A DNA stretch of 63,959 nt from Rhynchobatus australiae (taxonomy: Eukaryota): contig JAUZTB010000062.1 in NCBI GenBank assembly GCA_034780895.1, forward strand, positions 18,286,821 to 18,350,779, written 5' to 3'. Both the position numbers and the translations under genes were made by a program. Below are positions 52,901 through 63,959 of the stretch, one piece after another. Within the stretch, counting starts at the first letter, position 1; each line of letters begins with the position of its first letter. The notes beneath the pieces are model-generated. The model had not been told where the DNA came from. It made no database searches and saw only the letters and a list, made by a program, of their open reading frames with translations.

Positions 52901-53207
52901 TGAGGAAAAAAAAACAGAATTAATGTATTAGATTGATGAACTTTGAATGGAAGTGAAGATGTTTTTATTGTTTTCCCTTTTGCAACTGGTATTGNNNNNN
53001 NNNNNNNNNNNNNNNNNNNNNNNNNNNNNNNNNNNNNNNNNNNNNNNNNNNNNNNNNNNNNNNNNNNNNNNNNNNNNNNNNNNNNNNNNNNNNNNNNNNN
53101 NNNNNNNNNNNNNNNNNNNNNNNNNNNNNNNNNNNNNNNNNNNNNNNNNNNNNNNNNNNNNNNNNNNNNNNNNNNNNNNNNNNNNNNNNNNNNNNNNNNN
53201 NNNNNNN

Positions 53208-53710
53208 GCACATCTGCCTGCATGTGATCCATATTCCTTACTTCCCTGCCTGTTCACCTGTCTATCTAAATGCCTCTTAATATTGGCTTCCATCACTTCC
53301 TACACCAGCATGTTCCAGCCACCTACCGCTCTCTGTGTTTAAAAAAAACTTGCCACATAAATTTCCTTTAAACTTTCCACCTTAAAGCTATGCCCTCTAG
53401 TGTCTGACATCTCCATCTTGGGGAAAAGACAACTATCTCCCCTGTCTATGCCTCACATAATTTTATGTACTTCGATCATAATTTTATGTACTAGCCTCTC
53501 AGCCTCTGATGCTCCAGAGAAGACAATCCAAGCTTGTTCACCCTCTCCATGTCATTCTAGGCGTTGCCTGTTTAAATATCTGTCAAAATGCCTCTTAAAT
53601 GTAGTAATTGCATCTGATTCCACCACCTCTTGCAGCACATAACTAAAATCCTCCAATCCAGGCAACATACGAGTGAGTCTCCTCTGCACCATCTCCAGCA
53701 TAATCATGTT
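53208..53710 (-). mobile_element. CR1 3' fragments
   Basis: IKRHLDRQVNRQGSKEYG peptide; CAATCCAGGCAACAT...CCTCTGCACCATCTCCAGCA is the reverse complement of the LEMVQRRLTRMLPGL region. Confidence 0.8.
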
Positions 53711-54289
53711 GTACCGGTGTATCTCCCTGAGTTCTGATACAAGATTCTCCTTAAAAGATATTTTCTCAGCAGCATGTAGCCTTGCCAGACATAGTGCAAC
53801 TCTTGTGGTAAGGATAGATTAGTACAGCTACAGATTTTCTGCCAGAGAAAGATAATGACTACATTGGGTCAGTACTTGCGTTTCTAGTAGTTCCCAGGGA
53901 CATTCAGTATGGTAAATTGGCCACAGGATCATAATGGGCTTCCTCCATACCTCTGCCAGAAGGATAACTAATTGATAACTAGAGTGAGCATTGACACAAA
54001 CAACTGGGAAATAGATGCCAGAACATCAGGATCTTTCGAGGTTGACTGTTCAGAAGGGCATTGGAAGAAGGGAGAAGAACAGAAAACTCAGCTGGATGAA
54101 AAGAGAGTCCAGAGAAAGCAGAGGACAGCAAACTTTGCACCTTGTCAGCCCACTGCCTTCGTCAGCTGCGAGTGCAGAAAAGACTGCTGTGCTGGTGTTG
54201 AGCTCCTGTGCCACCCTATTGTCAATAGCTTTGTTCTACTGCAAAATAAACTCACTCTATATTTTTTTAATTTCTCTGCAATTTCTCAG

Positions 54290-54436
54290 ACACAGAACCG
54301 TGGAAAACGAATGAAGGAAGGAGCGCACATCAACCGTTCACTGTTGGCACTTGGAAACTGCATCAACGCACTGAGTGAGAAGGGAGGGAATAAGTACGTC
54401 AATTACCGAGACAGCAAGCTGACACGGTTGCTGAAG
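54290..54436 (+). CDS. kif19: kif19 exon 8 (147 bp)
   Basis: atttctcag|ACA; [49 protein letters not shown]; AAG|gtatgc. Confidence 0.96.
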
Positions 54437-54859
54437 GTATGCACGTGCTCATGTGCAAATGGTGATGAGATTTATCTAATGAAATGCTTTCCCTTTGTGT
54501 TTGGGATTACTTTCAGATTTTCCTGGATCGATCTGACACTGCTCCAGGGTTACTGAATGAAAACTAATCTGTGACTAAGGATCATGTCTTAAATTTGGAT
54601 ATTTCTTAATCAAATAACATAAGTCTTGGATGNNNNNNNNNNNNNNNNNNNNNNNNNNNNNNNNNNNNNNNNNNNNNNNNNNNNNNNNNNNNNNNNNNNN
54701 NNNNNNNNNNNNNNNNNNNNNNNNNNNNNNNNTGAAGAATTTTTTATTTTTAATGTGACATTATCAGCCTTTTGAGACCTCTTGCCTTCAGGAAAATGCC
54801 ACACATAGGCAAGCAGCAGATTTCAGTTTCTCACATTGTTTCTTTCTATGTGATGGCAG

Positions 54860-54982
54860 GATTCATTGGGCGGGAACAGCAGGACGGTGATGATCGCTCA
54901 CATCAGCCCAGCCAGCAGCTCCTTTGAAGAATCACGAAATACTCTCACTTATGCAGACCGTGCCAAAAACATTAAAACCAGA
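54860..54982 (+). CDS. kif19: kif19 exon 9 (123 bp; end of motor domain)
   Basis: gatggcag|GAT; [41 protein letters not shown]; AGA|gtaaga. Not in the supplied ORF track. Confidence 0.96.
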
Positions 54983-57029
54983 GTAAGAACAAAGCGTCAA
55001 TAAAGCAATTTAAATTATTGTTAAGTCCTTACATATTAAGTCTTTTAAAGTTGCATATTAAATAATAACATGTGGATGGAGGAATATTGTGTTTTAATGT
55101 AGATTTATTGTTGGCACTTAAAATCTATAAGCTGCTCACACTCAATAACATTACCCAGACTTGATCCTAATACAATGCTGTTGTGATGAATTCTACTGCC
55201 AGTTAGTATTAATTCAGTTACTAGTTGGCATTGTGATGACTGTGGAGATGATGTCATCGTGACTGTGGTAACATGATGCTACCACAGTCATGAAATATAT
55301 TTAACATTAAAAAATATTTAATGATGAGTTTTTTTAGATACAGTAAGAGCTGAATCCACAATTAGAAGAGGATGAGATGTAAGCATGCCAGTGTTAGGCA
55401 TCAGAGTCACATCATTGGTGGTATTTCTGACTGAATCAGAGGGTATAAGCTGATTCCNNNNNNNNNNNNNNNNNNNNNNNNNNNNNNNNNNNNNNNNNNN
55501 NNNNNNNNNNNNNNNNNNNNNNNNNNNNNNNNNNNNNNNNNNNNNNNNNNNNNNNNNGACCCATGCTGTAATAAAGTAGACAACAACAGAACCAAGGAGC
55601 GTACAATTACTGCTTTATTGTTTAATGCTGGTGGGAGTGAGGGATACAGAGCAAGTGTAAACAGTGTAACCCCACCTCTGTACTGATCCCCACTCAAAGA
55701 TATACATGTTTGTGTCCTTCCTTTTATACTTAATCTAAAGATGCCTACGTGCGAAGTTGCACATACTTGGGCAGCTGATTAAAGCAAACTTTTAGCTAAA
55801 CAAGATATGCCTTAAGCACTCCCAAGCATCTACACATTTTGCAGTCATAACTATAGTCACACCATGGTTGAAGCAGTAACAGCCATACATTATTAACCCT
55901 TACATATCAGTTACTTTTACAAGACCAGCTCCCAGCTGATGAATGAGGCCCTGCACAGGTTCCCAGACTTGGTAGCTGTCAAAACTGTCATTTAAGTTCA
56001 ATGTTGTAAATGATTTTGAAGTTCACAAGCATTCAAGAAGTATTGAAAACAAGCTACTAAAGAGTTAAATTAAATTAAATTAAAACAAGTTGAATTCATT
56101 TGAACTGACTGAATTAAGTCAAATAGAAAGGTCCATTTATCATTCTTCTGGTAGCTGTTTCTTTTCATTCATTTCAATCAGAGTGTGATGCTTGCCACGG
56201 CTATCGCAGGCAGGTTCCTATTCTAGAGTTGGGAAATCTAAGGAAGACTAAACTACATCTTTGGACACCAAGAACAATCCAATAGCACAGCATAGTTTCC
56301 CTGGGGCCCATGGTGAATGGAAGGTTTCACCTTAGCCAAGTACTTGGGGTGAAGTGCTTAATACTTCNNNNNNNNNNNNNATCTGATTGGACTTGCCCAA
56401 TTACATTTCATTGTAAGGTTGAAGGAGGGCTACAATATCATAGACGACACATTATGAATGAGGCATGAAACCAACAGCCCATCTGTTCTCCCAATAGGTA
56501 TAACCGATCTCAAGGTCAAATTCAAAAAAGAGCAGTGGAGTACTCCCCAAGTCCCAAAATATCTGGCTGAACCAACACCAATAAAGATGATCAAGTTATA
56601 AATCACAATTTTTAATGGGACCTTGTTATGCATAAATTGGTGTCTGCTTCCCAATCCATCTAGCCTCCAAAGGTAGCTGACTGCTGCGGAATCACTCCTG
56701 GATTTTTGGTTGTGGAAGGAGCTCAATAAATTGAATACCTTCCTCAGTCCTTTACTTTCTTAATATCCATCTTGTTATTAGATGTTCATTTTCCAAAAAT
56801 AACATATCACATTTAGTTTCAATATTCCTAAGTCATTTTGTCACTTGAGTAAGTATTTAGACTGTTGAAGTGCAGCCTCATAGTAGAAGATATTAAGCAC
56901 ACAAGTCACATATGCAAAATTAGGAGCTATTACTCAGTTCTGTTGGTGAGATGACTGCATAAAATAGCAGTCAGTGGAATGTTCCTCTTTCTCTTCTACT
57001 GAAGTACTTGCCTGTTGATAATATGTAAC

Positions 57030-57200
57030 AACACATAGAGACGCAAAAGACTGCAGGTGCTGAAACCTTGGAGCAAAATAGAAACTGCTGGAGGAACTCG
57101 GGACTGATGCAGGGTCACAACCCAAAGCTCCAACTATCCCTTTGCCTCCACAGATGCTACTTGACCAGCTGAGTTCCACCAGAAGTTTGTTTTTTGCTTG
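57030..57200 (+). mobile_element. Penelope pLTR derivative (partial foldback)
   Basis: CTGCTGGAGGAACTC...CTGATGCAGGGTCACAACCCAAAG...CACAGATGCTACTTGACCAGCTGAGTTCCACCAG. Confidence 0.75.
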
Positions 57201-57732
57201 AAATAATACTCACAATGTTTATGCAAATTCACAGCACATCCATTAATAATTAACAGAGCTTACAGCATATTGATTAACATCTAACAAATTAAAAATGTAA
57301 AGGATTGATAGTTAATACATTTAAAAACAAGGCTATACAGAAAAGGAGTGAATTTATCTTGAATGATCAATAAGCTTTCAAAATGGAATTGGCACATTAA
57401 TACGATATCGCTTTTTCACAGATTTGCTCAAATTTTATTTGTAGGTTTTGCCAAATTCAGGCCAACAGACATTTCATACCCATAGCTGTGCATCATGCTC
57501 ATTTTATTGTATTGTTTTCCTCACATGGAACTACTTGGTGCAAAGAAATAAAAGTAAGAATCACTAATTTACCACAAAGAACAACGATTTGAATTTGACC
57601 AGAGTATGAGAAGGAAATAATTTATTGTAAATGCAGTACCTGAAACTACTGTCAAGTTTGTTTTTGCTATTTCTGAGCAAGAGTAATCCACTCACAGCCT
57701 GTGCCAAATGTGATTCTTATTTCATTTACCAG

Positions 57733-57889
57733 GTAAAGCGCAATTTGATGAATGTGTCCTATCACATTGCCCAGTATACCAATATCATCTCCGATCTACG
57801 CAGTGAAATCCATCGTCTGAAGAAGAAGATAGATGCACAACGAATACAACAAACAAAAAGTGACAAAGCTGATATACGCAATGTTCAAG
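57733..57889 (+). CDS. kif19: kif19 exon 10 (157 bp; neck linker and neck coil)
   Basis: ttcatttaccag|GTA; VKRNLMNVSYHIAQYTNIISDLRSEIHRLKKKIDAQRIQQTKSDKADIRNVQ; CAAG|gtgaat, phase 1. Confidence 0.95.
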
Positions 57890-58628
57890 GTGAATGGTTG
57901 ATCTGAATAGTACCATCTGAAATTGTAAACAGATATTCTGCCACTCTCTGTAATCTGTCAGCTCACGAGGTGTTATTCTCCTATACTGTGGTGTATCCCA
58001 TCTGATATCTAATCCATAAATTTTAAGCACAAATATAATTCTTATGTTTGTGAAACATCCCTGTAGCAACACTCTGCCTGTTTTGTGTTTAATAATTTGC
58101 CATCTGTCCTGTGTTCCTAAAGCAAGTGTTTGAGTTATGAATTTGAGGAAAAACAGATGAAACCTGGCGATGTTCTTTTGTGTAACTACCATGTAGATAT
58201 GTGTCAAGAAAAATAATTAAATCTTTTAATTTTTCAATATAGGTTTTATGAGTAATTATACAACTCCAAATGCATAATGTGATACATTGAAACGTGGGCC
58301 CCTATTTTAACTGGGTACCCATTTTTAGCAGTTAGGGTTCTACAAAGAAAAGCAGGGTATTTAATTTCCAAGCCCATTTTGAATGCCACTGGAGACCACC
58401 CCACCACCCCACCCCAACTGCTCGCCATACATCAAGAAACAGGTAGGTTTGCAAAATAAGTTTTAGGAGCAGAGAAATCTCTGTTGAACTGATGATAAAC
58501 TTGTAAGCAGCAGTTTATCTGTTAAAATGGAGACTGTAATGATCATGGTAATTGGTGGGTGCAATGCTTTTATAATAGTTCTTCACAAGTTTCAGCGCAG
58601 AAAACTTTTTTTATTTTTGCTCTTTCAG

Positions 58629-58803
58629 CTGAGGTTCAGTTTCATTCCTCTCGGTATGATAGAAGGGAGATGGAGAGGCTCCGTGAGCATTTGATCACTG
58701 CCTTTCGGGAACAGATGGAAATTCGACGCAATCTGTTGGAGCTGGACAGCAATAACATGCAAATTCAAGTTGATACATCCAGACACCTACTAACTATTGC
58801 AGA
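58629..58803 (+). CDS. kif19: kif19 exon 11 (175 bp)
   Basis: ctctttcag|CT; (A)EVQFHSSRYDRREMERLREHLITAFREQMEIRRNLLELDSNNMQIQVDTSRHLLTIA; GA|gtaagt, phase 2. Confidence 0.95.
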
Positions 58804-59661
58804 GTAAGTGCATTTCATATTTTCCACATTGCTCATTCCACAAGAGTGAATAGCCAGAGAAGTACCTAAATCAGAAGAAGATAAAAGTCTAAAAAGTTTT
58901 TCCAATTTAGATTAGTTCAACCAGCTATATAAATTGTAATACGTTAAAGTCTTTGAAATAATTAATATTACAATAATTGCTGTTTATTTTTGAAACCTTC
59001 TGATGTCAATGCTAGTTCATTGTCATTGTGCTGCTGACATGTATGTATATCAAATTAATAACTTACATTGATGGCTGTGGAAACAGGGAAAATTTTGTGC
59101 TGCAGGCAATTACATTCCAGCTCTGTGACAAATGAGATAATTATGTGTCGAATCTTTCAAATTGTGTTATTCATGGATTTAACTGCACCATTAAACTGAG
59201 CATATCAAATAATTTTCAACTTGCATTGGAAATACATCCCTTTCTTTTCTGAGTGTTCACTGTCCTACGCTGAAGCTCGTATGTGAACATTGGGTGAGTG
59301 GTGATTGGATTGTTACAATACTGCCCTTGCTGACTAGTCTGGTAACCATCACTGTCTTGGTACCAACCTGAGGAGTGACTTGCCAATCAAAGTAGCAGCT
59401 CACCCATAGGATCAAACCCCACTCGGAGTTAGTACCCTTAGGTGGGAAAATAATGGGGTGTCTCCTGTTTTTCTGAGTGAATAATATGTAGAGTTTAAAA
59501 GGAGGGTAGGCTGGGAGAAGGGAAGTATAAAACCAGATCATTACTGAAATGTAATCTCTATTTTGCTTCCCCTTCAATGATGCCAATGGAATATAAAGTA
59601 GCATTTCATGAGCTGTGTTGTCCAAAGCTAATTATGATGTATCACCTGCTTATTCTTGTAG

Positions 59662-59860
59662 CTGGGTACAGGAAAAGGCTCGAAGAGCCAGAAAATGGAG
59701 AGAAGAAAATCGAAAGGAGGTGTACAACAAGGAGGATAGCGAGAAGGATTCAGATACGGGAGATGACCAGTCTGATGTCATGGAACCAACAGAGGTGGCT
59801 GTAGCCCGAGAGAATATTGCTGCACTTGTGGCTGAGCAGAAGAAGTTAAAGTGGCAGAAG
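59662..59860 (+). CDS. kif19: kif19 exon 12 (199 bp)
   Basis: ttcttgtag|C; (D)WVQEKARRARKWREENRKEVYNKEDSEKDSDTGDDQSDVMEPTEVAVARENIAALVAEQKKLKWQK; AAG|gtaatt. Confidence 0.95.
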
Positions 59861-60854
59861 GTAATTGTGAAGCCCAGTTGCTGCAATACAAGAGTTTGCA
59901 AAGGAATTTAAATTTGACCACTTCTGGGGAAGAATGTTAAACATTAAACTTTAAATTGGGCTGGACTGCAATTGATCCAGTCATCTCCTTGTGCTCATTC
60001 CTGCACCGTTGTCAAAGCTGACCAACTTTTTGTCACCTTGCAGGTCAAAGGAGATAAAACATAGAATGGTACAGTACAGGACAGGCCCTTCAGCCTACAA
60101 TGTCTGTGATGACNNNNNNNNNNGTTCACTGTCACAGCCATATTGCAAAGTGGAGCATCCACCAGCGACAACTAGGCCTTAGTGTACCTGTTGGCCTTTT
60201 GACAACTCATGTCTGTTTTTAAATGCCTTTGATTATTTAGAATGCTTTTAAAGTATTTTAATGTCTTGTTAAAAATTATTTTATAAGTACTAAAGTTACT
60301 TTAACCACATTTAAATTATGGAATTTAATTATAAATATTATGTTGTTTTTTTCATTTAATCAATTTTATCTGCCAGTCTTATTTACCTTGTAAATCCGGG
60401 CTGGCAGCTGCCCAGTTGAATGGGCTCATGATATATACATTAACGAGGAGGAACAAAATTAACTTTTAAGGCCTGAGCTGATGAGTATTTCCTGCATCTT
60501 CTGCTTTTATTTTGACATCTGTTATATTTCGCTTTTGCATTGAGTTAGGGTGTTTCACAGATGAATTTCTCTGATTAATTTCCTGGTATTGTTGTATTTA
60601 AAGTCTCATTATCCATTATTTTAGTTCCTGTACAAAAATGACACCTGCTTTTGGAAAGTGTTTCCATCTTAGATGCACCACTTTAAATTCACCGCAGCAC
60701 GTTCACCCAGGATAAAGCAAATGTCCTCAATTTCTAAAAACTGGCTCCTTTAATTACATGATGACACACTCACTGCCTTTTATGATTGAAAACATGCTGA
60801 TCTATGTATTGCACCTTCCTGCCTCTAAAGAATTCCACTCTCTTCCCTCTTTAG

Positions 60855-61125
60855 ATGGAGTTGGAGAAGCAATTTACCGATATCCATTCCCGAGCTCATA
60901 AGTTGGAGGAGCTCCTTCCCAAGCGGATCAGCAGTGAGCAACAGCGAGAGGTTTTGAGTCTACTCTGTAAGGTGCATGAACTGGAAATTGAGAACACAGA
61001 AATGCAGTCCATTGCATTACTCAAGGACAACGTCATACGCCAGACAGACTACGTCATCCAACGCTTTGAGCAACACAGGCAGCTGTGTGCGGAAATTATC
61101 CAACAGCAGCGGCAGATAATAGATG
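60855..61125 (+). CDS. kif19: kif19 exon 13 (271 bp)
   Basis: ccctctttag|ATG; MELEKQF...EVLSLLCKVHELEIENTEMQS...EQHRQLCAEIIQQQRQIID; GATG|gtacag, phase 1. Confidence 0.95.
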
Positions 61126-61462
61126 GTACAGTAGCAGTCAGTTCCTCTGGTTTGCATACTTTGTTTTGAGAGTTAATTACAGACAATTAGCTTGACAACT
61201 GCTTTTATTGGCTTGTTTGTGTGTGTTTTAGCATGTGTACCTGATCATCTGTACCTAGGCAATGCATGAAGATATACATGAGTTAGAAATTCCTTATATT
61301 GTTGCTCCTTTTTTTTACAACTCATTGCTTGTTGCTAGTGCTGACAATGATTTTCCTATTTATTCAATTGGAATCAGTCTGTCAGAGCATCTTTTTTAGA
61401 TTTCAGTTGCATCAGAAATATGACATTGTCTCTGAAGTATTTGATATATTGTGTCTGGACAG

Positions 61463-61584
61463 ATCACAACCTGCTGGTTCCTTCACAGCTGGATGAGCTG
61501 TATGAAATTTACCTGCGAGAGTTGGAGGAGGGTAACCTGGACCGGATAGTAGCCATGCACACTGTCACAACAAGGACCTTGAAG
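61463..61584 (+). CDS. kif19: kif19 exon 14 (122 bp); gene continues beyond the window
   Basis: tctggacag|AT; (D)HNLLVPSQLDELYEIYLRELEEGNLDRIVAMHTVTTRTLK; AAG|gtacag. No downstream exon or stop recognised before 63959. Confidence 0.93.
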
Positions 61585-61779
61585 GTACAGCTTCATTCAG
61601 TAATTTCACTGTTTTTCATTCAGGGGCCACTATGGAAACTTTCTAAATGAGAGCCACATTATCTATGAATTAACACATTATTTGTGACTCCTTAATGGCT
61701 TATTCCCTTGTACTTTGTCCGTTTATTTCACACTCTATCTCACTTTACCTGATTCAGTGCCTGCCGCTCTCTTAATATA

Positions 61780-62039
61780 TTGCTTTCTTCCTCTTGTTCT
61801 ATTCTCTATACCTCTTTCCTTTCTATCCATCCCTCTCTCTCTATCCCTCTTCCCTCTTTTTCTATCTCAGTCCATCTCTTTCTATCTCTCTCTAATCTCC
61901 CTCTCTCTTTCTTCAGATTCTCCTCATTTTTCCATCACTTCATCATGTCTTGTCCTGTCACTTTCTCTGCTTCTCTTTGCTTTATTTATCATCCACACAA
62001 CCCTACTTCTGTATCTTGCCCAGTCATGTTATCTCACAA

Positions 62040-62110
<71 letters not shown>

Positions 62111-62197
62111 TCNNNNNNNNNNNNNNNNNNNNNNNNNNNNNNNNNNNNNNNNNNNNNNNNNNNNNNNNNNNNCTCTCTCTCTCCCCCCCCCCCCCCC
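61780..62197. repeat. Pyrimidine-rich tract with (CT)n microsatellite and poly-C
   Basis: (CT)n at 62042-62182 (part N) followed by a C run of about 15. Confidence 0.95.
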
Positions 62198-63578
62198 ATA
62201 AACATTCATTACTTTGGATTGAAATAGTGTAGGATACACAGTAAAGGATAAACTGGAGATATTGTTAACATTGGTATTATAATTGATAATATTAGCCATA
62301 ACCTTGAGAATTAAGAGGATTTTTGGAAATGTGTAAAGTGTGACCAAGGAATCGATGGAGTAAAACATGGGAGTAAACCACAATGAAATGAAAAAAGATC
62401 ATAAAAGTTTCTAACGATATAAAATGTTGAGATTAACCCGGTAAATGAGGTGGATAAAAATTGGACCAGTGGATTCACAAAAGGAGTTCAGTAAGTTGCC
62501 ATCCAAGACATTTTCATTCACAATTTGGGCTCATATGTTTGGGTGTTGTATTAAGATATATTGAGGACTGAATAATAGGCAGTTAACAGAAAGCAAGAAT
62601 AAAATAGTAATTTTCAGGAAGACAGTCCCTCACATCTGTTGGTTCTTCCTTTATAGTGGCACTGCACTATTAGGATGTCTTAAGANNNNNNNNNNNNNNN
62701 NNNNNNNNNNNNNNNNNNNNNNNNNNNNNNNNNNNNNNNNNNNNNNNNNNNNNNNNNNNNNNNNNNNNNNNNNNNNNNNNNNNNNTCTTAAGAGGAGAGG
62801 TGATCTGCTCTCCTAAGCTACCTCAGTCAATAGCATAGCAAAGACTTGATAGCATTCATCACATGCAGTTCAAGATAATGCAAATGTTAAGGTATCCCAG
62901 GAACTGAAGTGACTCTCAACCCAGGTTCTTTCCACATGTGCCATGTGAGAACTGGAGATATTACTACAGCAGAGAGAAGCCATTTGTGCCAGATATATAA
63001 CTCTGTCATAGTTTCTGTACTTGTATACAGGGAAAAAATAATTCACATGATTTGCACAGTTTGCAACACAGACAAGGCAGTGAAACAAATTACAGAGGTC
63101 AGATATCCTAAATATTTACTTGGATGGAATGTCTCTCCTGTAGGATAAAGTGGATAGCACTGAGAAATGGACGTGGGGGTTACAGTCACAATCTGCCTTT
63201 TCTGTACTCTTTCAATGGCAGTAGCATGCAACAGTAAGATCCCAATGATCAGAAATCCTGATGGTCCAGCACCTGGCTCATTCACTAGTCTGGAATGTGA
63301 GAAGGGAGTCCCAGAGTGCAAATGGGTATGCAGTCAGAGCTAGGGGTCTGGAGTGTGTCTGAGAACAATGTCCAGACTGTGGCTGGGTTGTAACCGGAGC
63401 TGAGGTTTGGGTCTGGAACACCAGGGATCCAGAACATAGGTAGGTTTGGCCAGAGACAGGCTGTAGAGTGCTAGTATATTTGCCACTCCATTTAAAGTCA
63501 ATGAGTTCTTGCAATATTTATTGTACTACTTTGTAACATGTAAAAAAGTAAAATAAATATGAGTGTGGGTATTAACAG

Positions 63579-63660
63579 GAGTAATATCCAGTAGTCTGGA
63601 AAATTTCCTGGACTGGACCCACCAGAGTCCCAAAGGTGCCAGATTATTGGAGTTTTACTG
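63579..63660. mobile_element. Possible short pogo-like MITE
   Basis: The right end TGCCAGATTATTGGAGTTTTACTG|TA has an imperfect inverted partner, GTAATATCCAGTAGTCTGGA. Confidence 0.45.
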
Positions 63661-63959
63661 TAATGCCCTTTCCAGTTAAGCAGTCAGTGTAACTCAGATT
63701 GCAGTTTTAGATACACAGATCTCCTGCCAGATGGGACACAGGCTGTCTCCTTAAGGATTCAAATGATGGGAGCATCGTAGCCAGGTGTTTATCTTCACTG
63801 ACCAATAACTAATCACATTAAAGTGTTCCCCTCAGGGTCAAAATTATTTCTCATGTGAAATAAATTCTGCAATATCACACACGCCTCCACATACCTCTAG
63901 TTTTCCTGAAGACAAACTGAACAACACTTAATTGATTTAATTCTACCTATCCTCTCTCA

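Larger units (their letters stand above)
20489..61584 (+). other. kif19: kif19 gene span (kinesin-8 family, KIF19/KIF19A-like), partial: visible coding exons 3 and 5-14
   Basis: The spliced exons give a kinesin motor with P-loop (G)AGKT, switch I SSRSHA, switch II DLAGSER and neck RAKNIKTR. These are followed by KIF19-type stalk sequence (NVSYHIAQY, DTSRHLLTIA, DSEKDSDTGDDQ, EVLSLLCKVHELE). All visible introns are GT-AG; phases are compatible from exon 5 to exon 14. Confidence 0.96.

Noticed and set aside
53972-54556. 194-aa ORF as a stand-alone gene or extended exon
   Set aside because: Only 54290-54436 is kinesin sequence, bounded by a good acceptor and donor; the rest is intronic read-through.
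20489-61584. kif19 as a pseudogene, or as KIF18A/B
   Set aside because: The only disruptions coincide with N gaps and there are no stops in called exons. Loop 2 and stalk sequences are KIF19-type, not KIF18-type.
61715-62383. Leu/Ser-rich and Arg/Glu-rich ORFs
   Set aside because: Translations of the (CT)n/(AG)n microsatellite.
1-63959. CRISPR arrays, operons or other prokaryotic systems
   Set aside because: No regularly spaced repeats or dense ORFs; the DNA is a spliced vertebrate gene with retrotransposon debris.

Overview
Eukaryotic (vertebrate) genomic DNA, AT-rich, CpG-depleted and heavily gapped. The repeat repertoire (V-SINE/HE1-like, Deu-SINE, CR1, L2, RTE, Rex1, Penelope, Gypsy) suggests a cartilaginous fish; this is inference. 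The only host gene is a + strand kinesin-8, kif19. Eleven GT-AG coding exons, equivalent to human exons 3 and 5-14, lie between 20489 and 61584, and exons 5-14 join in frame. Exon 4 and exons 1-2 are not visible (N gaps or upstream) and the 3' exons lie beyond the window. Introns and upstream DNA are a mosaic of decayed transposons. The most interesting non-coding signal is a set of Penelope terminal-repeat derivatives carrying degenerate minimal type I hammerhead ribozyme cores, including a 190-bp foldback mini-element with an 11-bp target-site duplication. Also noted are a perfect 22-bp hairpin, a Gypsy element lacking RT/RNase H, and an ungapped 140-bp diverged duplicate. Repeat boundaries are approximate, read by eye; no searches were run.
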